Source: Octopus sinensis (Eukaryota). From it: DNA of 38,878 nt. The stretch is taken from the NCBI RefSeq assembly GCF_006345805.1, contig NW_021835718.1:1-38878 (forward strand), given 5' to 3'. This document shows positions 33,440 through 38,878 of this stretch, piece by piece (the first letter of the stretch is position 1; each line of letters begins with the position of its first letter). The translations under genes were made by a program, and so were the position numbers. The notes beneath the pieces are model-generated. The model did not search any database and had not been told where the DNA came from. It saw nothing but the letters and a program-made list of their open reading frames with translations.

Positions 33440-33912
33440 GTAGAACCTATCCAACAACCATTCCATGTATCCCGCGTCGTGACACGATTTTGGTAGCTCT
33501 TATTGGAAAATCTTCGGATTTCGGCAGCTTATAAGAAATCTATCGCCCTTGGTTTTCAGTCGTGCTCTTCTCAGGCAGGCTGAATCTTTTCTTTGTCTTT
33601 GTTCACTATTTTTAAGTACTTGCAGTGTAAGGGTTTTTGGCAAAACATAATGTTCCTTCATTTTCCGAATAATTTCGGGGTTTATTTCTAAATTTCCGTT
33701 GTTGTTTCCCCTTTATCCTCTCTAGAACCTGGCTTACATTCGTTTGTGTTTTGTATCTATTTGTATTACTTTCCCTTTTTTTAATCGGTTATATTCGTAA
33801 TACTACAGCAGCCACTTTTTCGTTGCGAAGGCCTCAACCTCTCTCTATTCCAGCTTGGTAAAAATATTTTCTTTGTGTCAGCATATTCTAAAGTTAATCG
33901 CCAATTATCTTT

Positions 33913-33956
<44 letters not shown>

Positions 33957-35110
33957 TTAGTTCCTGTCTAGTCTTGCTAACTCAATGTCTGGTTTAAAAT
34001 ATTATAACTATAACTTATTGCTGTTTATTATCTCAGCTTTATCTACATTTAGTTGTTTTGAATTTTAATGAGATCTGGTTATATTTTTCCTAATACTTTT
34101 TTTTATTGTTTGTTGTACTCTGTCTAGTCGCTAATTTCCAGTAGGTGTTTGGTCTAAACCTTTTATCTCTGTTTCTTCATCCGACATTGCGTACGTGATT
34201 TTCATTAATTCACCACTCTTTAAGATTGCCTTGGTGAATTTTTTTCTAATCTGAATTTCATACATATTCTTCTCGTAAATCGGTGAACTCTTTGTAGCAG
34301 TGTTTCTACTTATGTTTCTTCTAGAGCGTACAATTTGAGGTTGACCGTATGCAACAGTGATTGGTTGATTTCGCTTACCATTTGTAATCTAGTCTAATCT
34401 AGTTTAAATAGATGATTAAAGGTGTTAACAGGTGGCAGAAGGAGAGGAGCTGTGTTTTTTATAATTTTCACTTTCGTCTTTTTCTGCAGACGAAAGCCTT
34501 GTTTAATTTACGAACGCCATCACAATCTTTCTGGCACTCAGTCTATGCTAAGACTCTTCCTTCTCTTTCTACAGATTTTAGCAGCAGATTATTTTATCAA
34601 TAATTGGTTTTTACAGCCATGTGAGATTTTACAGTTCACCTATTCTTTTCTTTATCTCAAAATATACTGTTTTTCTTTGTTCAGATATAAATCTATCTTC
34701 TGTGATATTATTGGTAAGATGTAGAGAAATAGTTTATGGGCTTCTAGTTTAAGATTTGCTGTTTTCTTTGTTTTTTTAAATTTTTACTTTGGGAAGTTAA
34801 AATGAGTTTACCTGTCTGTGAGCTATTTCTGGTTCTTTTAGAATGTTAGATACTTATAAATTTTGCTTGTACTTCATGTTTACCGGTTGAATATTTCAAT
34901 CAAGAACTTTGAGATTTTATTCTACTCTAGAGCTTTCCAGTTCCTCATTTTCTTTATACTATAGTGCCTGCTTGGGGTTATTTCTTAAGTAATATGGCCT
35001 GTCATGTTTTGTTCAATTACTGACTTTAGTTTTTCGAAAAATCTGGTCGGTGCTGATCTCTTTGCAGCCAATATTCTGTTCCACAATTCTCCTACTCCTG
35101 AAATTCGTTC
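33440..35110 (-). mobile_element. Highly degenerate A-rich LINE-like relic, family unresolved
   Basis: Strong strand skew and broken Lys/Glu/Ile-rich frames on the minus strand; no diagnostic motif recognised. Confidence 0.25.
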
Positions 35111-35124
35111 TGCATTGATTCATT

Positions 35125-35400
35125 ACTTTGTGTCAATCATTGCGTCACACTAGGGCACCACTTTGAAGGGGTTTAGTCAAGAAAATCGACCCCAATACTT
35201 AAGTCAAGGCTTTAAAAAAATCTGTAACTTATTGTATCGGACCTTTTTGCTGAACCGTAAGTTACGGGGTCGTAAGTCAATATGGCTTTTGTGGAAGGAG
35301 ATTACAAACACAGACACAAAACACATATACACATATATAACTGGCTTACACACACACACATTCACACATGACGAGCTTCCACACAGTCCCAATCAAGCAA
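35125..35400 (-). mobile_element. SINE family A 3' half
   Basis: gggcaccactttgaagggtttagtcaagaaaatcgaccccaatactt...tttgctgaaccgtaagttacgggg. Confidence 0.65.
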
Positions 35401-35513
35401 ATTCACTCATATCTTTTCGGACTCGATGAAATAGAGTACCAATGAAGTACTGGAATTGATGTAATCGATTACCTACACCGTTCCAAGAACAAAAATCATT
35501 ATTAACCCTATCT

Positions 35514-35730
35514 AAGGTGGCGGAATAGCAGAATCGTTAGCACGTCAGGCAAAATGCTTAGCATCACTTCTTCCCACGTTCTGAGTTCAATTTCCATTAA
35601 GGTTGACTTCGCCTTTCAGCACTTTCGGGAGTCGATAAAATAAATATCAGTTGAGCACTGGTTCGATGTAATCGCCTAGCCCATCCCCTCAAAATTTCAG
35701 ACCTTGTACCTATAGCAGAAAGAATTATTA
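35514..35730 (+). mobile_element. SINE family B monomer
   Basis: aaggtggcggaatagcagaatcgttagcacgtc head; tail aaaatttcagaccttgtacctatagcagaaagaattatta. Confidence 0.75.
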
Positions 35731-36115
35731 GCACTGTCTCATCGCAGAAAATTATATGTTTATAATCTTATGGTCGTGTATTTTTAGTCAGAACATTTCA
35801 AATTTCTATCACAGTTATGGTCGAGAGGGTTAAAACACGCCCAGAGGAATGTTTTACTTTGGTGCCAGCTTATTAAAAGGGCGTTACAAATGAGATGTGT
35901 CAACCAACACGAGGAAACGTTTATTAACACTTACGTCCATAAAACAGTTTAAAGGAAACACTGAAAAGGTAAGTTCACAAATAAATACAAAAATAAACAC
36001 AGAAATAAGTATATGAATAAATAAATAATCTTGTAAGCAAGCGACTGGAGCCGTCAAAATATTATGCTTGGAATATATTTTACTCTTGGAGAGGATATAT
36101 GGATATTTTTAAAAG

Positions 36116-36266
36116 AGATTTTTCGTAATGTTACGCCAATTTGGCTATGGTACAAATATTGGTATTTACATTTCATCACCAGGAGTGGAAAACTGGTACA
36201 AAGACAGCGACCAGACAGTTCATGCTACCACAGGTAGCTCTGAATTTAAGGGGATGTTGATGGCGG
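36116..36266 (+). CDS. Candidate exon, sugar-porter (SLC2-like) TM1 and loop: RFFVMLRQFGYGTNIGIYISSPGVENWYKDSDQTVHATTGSSEFKGMLMA
   Basis: Open frame with a QFGY..IG motif and donor G|gtgaga at 36267; the 5' boundary is uncertain and the phase does not match the next exon by 1 nt. Confidence 0.35.
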
Positions 36267-36334
36267 GTGAGACTGACTGGTGCGTCCCGCAGTAACCACA
36301 GTGCGGTTTTGTTGTTTTTTTTTTTGTTGAACAG

Positions 36335-36399
36335 ATCTATGTCATTGGTGCAATTGTAGGAGTTGCATTTTTGCTGAATGAATTCCGCCTCAGTGGAAG
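36335..36399 (+). CDS. Candidate 65-nt exon IYVIGAIVGVAFLLNEFRLSG(R), sugar-porter TM2 and GR motif
   Basis: Long T-tract acceptor ...ttttgttgaacag, donor AAG|gtatgg, only phase 0 open; G-x3-G to GR spacing fits sugar-porter TM2 and loop 2. Confidence 0.5.
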
Positions 36400-36589
36400 G
36401 TATGGCTGTCTGATAAAGACGGTCAATTGGCAGAGAAATGGGTTCTGGTTTCGGTTTCAGACCCCGTAAACTTAGTTAAATCTTATACTAGATGTTCTGG
36501 GTTGACTATCGTCTTATTACTGGAATTTTGTACAGAATCTGTGTTAAGTTCCTCGTATGCGTACATATATATGTCCATAATATCTATCT

Positions 36590-36668
36590 ATTCGTTCCAC
36601 TAAAGGCGGTGCTCCAGCATGGCCACAGTCAAAATGACTGAAACTAGCAAAAGAATAGAATAAAAAAG

Positions 36669-36762
<94 letters not shown>

Positions 36763-36903
36763 CACGACGGGCTTCTTTCACTTTCGCCTACCAAATCGAC
36801 TGACAAGGCTTTGGTCGGTTCGAGACTCTAATAGAAGACATTTGTCCAAGATGCTACGCAGTGGGGCTGAACCCGGAACCATGTAGTTGGTAAGCAAGCT
36901 ATT
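36590..36903. mobile_element. SINE family A 3' end (+, 36590-36665), (TA)n (36670-36762) and family A 5' half (-, 36765-36903)
   Basis: Both halves match family A, in opposite orientations. Confidence 0.8.
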
Positions 36904-36985
36904 TATTCATACTGTATGCTGATGACGAGCAGTGTGAACGGCCGGCAAAACCTTGAAATAGTAAATTATAATATCTAAAACGACG

Positions 36986-37318
36986 AAGGCGGCGAGCTGG
37001 CAGAAACGTTAGCACGCCGGGCATAATGCTTTGCAGTACTTCGTCTGCCGTTACGTTCTGAGTTCAAATTCCGCTGAGGTCGACTTTGCCTTTAATCCTT
37101 TCGGGGTCGATTAAATAAGTACCAGTTACGCACTGGGGTCGATATAATCGACTTAATCCGTTTGTCTGTCCTTGTTTGTCCTCTCTGTGTTTAGCCCCTT
37201 GTGGGTAGTAAAGAAATAGGTATTTTGTCTGCCGTTACGTTCTGAGTTCAAATTCCGCCGAGGTCATCTTTGCCTTTCATCCTTTTGGGGTCGACAAATT
37301 AAGTGCCAGTTGCGTACT
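36986..37318 (+). mobile_element. SINE family B dimer, second unit truncated
   Basis: Unit starts at 37037 and 37221 (184-bp period). Confidence 0.9.
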
Positions 37319-37566
37319 TAAATTGCCAAAATTTGAAATCAGTATTCGAATTAATGGTTGTTGATTCCAAACAGTGAATAAAGTTCATTTTTAAAAACTG
37401 TATGTGAGCAAAGAAAGAGAGTGAGAGAGAGAGAGTATGTGTGTGTGTGTGCGTGTGTATATTTATACATGTATGTATGTATGTATATACATGTGTGTAT
37501 GTATATATGTATCTATCTATATGTATGTATACATACACACACATAACACACACACACACATGCACA

Positions 37567-37607
<41 letters not shown>

Positions 37608-38149
37608 ATATATATATATATGAATATATGTACGTATGAAAATAAATAAGCATGAGAAAGAGCAAGTTGGATACATACATAGAAAGAAAGAAAACGTAAG
37701 TTACCTATGCTCACTCCGTAACTCTCTACCTCTTGACATACTCATAAGCATTAATGCGGTCACCACGTGAGGCCAGAATTTGCACAGCGGCAGTATGAAT
37801 TGCAGGAGCCATTCTTTCGAAAGTAACCACGAAAAGTTCCTTTCCTCTCACTGCACTACGAGCGTTCCTGCGCAGGCGGGCGGGCGGGTAGGCGTGTTTG
37901 CGCGTGCGTCTGTGCACGTGCGCGAGCTTCTGTAAACTTGTGCGTGCCTGCGTGTGTCTAGCCTTGTGTGTGAGTATCTGTGAGTGTGTTTGTTTCGGTG
38001 AGAATAAATCATAGCTAACATCATATTTTTTAGAAACGGATATATTACAGAACAACACTACGCTCCCGAAGAATTTATAAAACGACAGGAATATTAATAA
38101 TTACAAGGGAAAAAAAAAACAAAAGCAAAGAACCAAACAATTTCTCCAC

Positions 38150-38209
38150 TTAATATATACATGCACACACACACATATAGATGTACATACAGATACACAT
38201 ACTCACAAC

Positions 38210-38243
<34 letters not shown>

Positions 38244-38255
38244 ATGTATAATATG

Positions 38256-38315
<60 letters not shown>

Positions 38316-38460
38316 TAGATAGATAGATAGATACATACATACATACAATACATATATATACATACTACATATATACATGCATACATATATACATAATATA
38401 CATATATATATATACACACACACACAAACATACACACACAAACACACACACATACACACA
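38150..38460. repeat. Compound (TA)n/(TG)n/(GATA)n/(CA)n microsatellite
   Basis: Read directly. Confidence 0.9.
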
Positions 38461-38878
38461 CCTAAACATTTATATAATTCTCTTTGTTTCGTAGAAATTC
38501 AGTTCCTGTCACGTGACACCCACTTAATCCTCACGAGAGAACGATGAAAGAAAATGTTTTAATACCTCAAACCCAAGTTAACCCATTACCCTAATAATAA
38601 TTGCGCTAACGTAGGTGGCCTCTGCGCGGTTGCTCGATCCAGTTAAAAAAAATAGCAGTCAAATCTTCTTCAAATCGCATTTTAATATTTTAAATGCAGG
38701 AATGATACAATAGTCTATAGCCACCGATAGGCTTGATCATAGGTCCGTTAGAACAGTAATAACATTAGCGCACTACAACAGTAGCCCTCAGCCGATCTGC
38801 AAGAAGCAGATGCTAATTACGGTGCCTAAAGACACAGAGAAATATCAGCATATTTGTGGATCAGAGGCTGGAGTCTGT

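Noticed and set aside
36921-36965. CTGATGA...GAAA spacing like a hammerhead core (also at 31184 and on the minus strand near 16455)
   Set aside because: No stem II, stem III or stem I pairing could be built
38478-38520. Strong acceptor ttctctttgtttcgtag at 38494 as the next SLC2-like exon (would give GR|NSVPVT)
   Set aside because: A stop follows after six codons in the required phase; the match to GLUT RNS may be chance

Overview
AT-rich, repeat-dominated animal genomic DNA. It is most likely an octopus (coleoid cephalopod) intron or intergenic region, inferred from the tRNA-derived SINE families and the very high microsatellite load; I could not run a database search. No complete protein-coding gene is present, and most ORFs in the supplied track are microsatellite read-through. 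The window holds about 30 SINE copies or fragments in six families that I label A-F: A has an internal microsatellite; B occurs as monomers and as 184/217-bp tandem multimers; C and F share a 3' half; D, E and F share a core. It also holds a same-strand cluster of R4/Dong-like non-LTR retrotransposon 3' ends in (TAA)n tracts (5.7-8.6 kb), RTE and CR1/L2-group LINE fragments, a 566-bp internally deleted mariner with intact TIRs and TA TSD, and a 131-bp MITE with an 8-bp TSD. The best unexplained signals are: a type I hammerhead-ribozyme motif inside a perfect 46-bp inverted repeat, next to a 282-bp palindrome (26.4-27.0 kb); a 416-bp identical copy of nearby sequence inserted into an R4 ORF and carrying a pre-miRNA-like hairpin; and a candidate exon pair resembling a sugar-porter (SLC2-like) TM1-TM2 region at 36.1-36.4 kb. 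Repeat boundaries were read by eye and may be off by a few to tens of bases unless a TSD or TIR fixes them.
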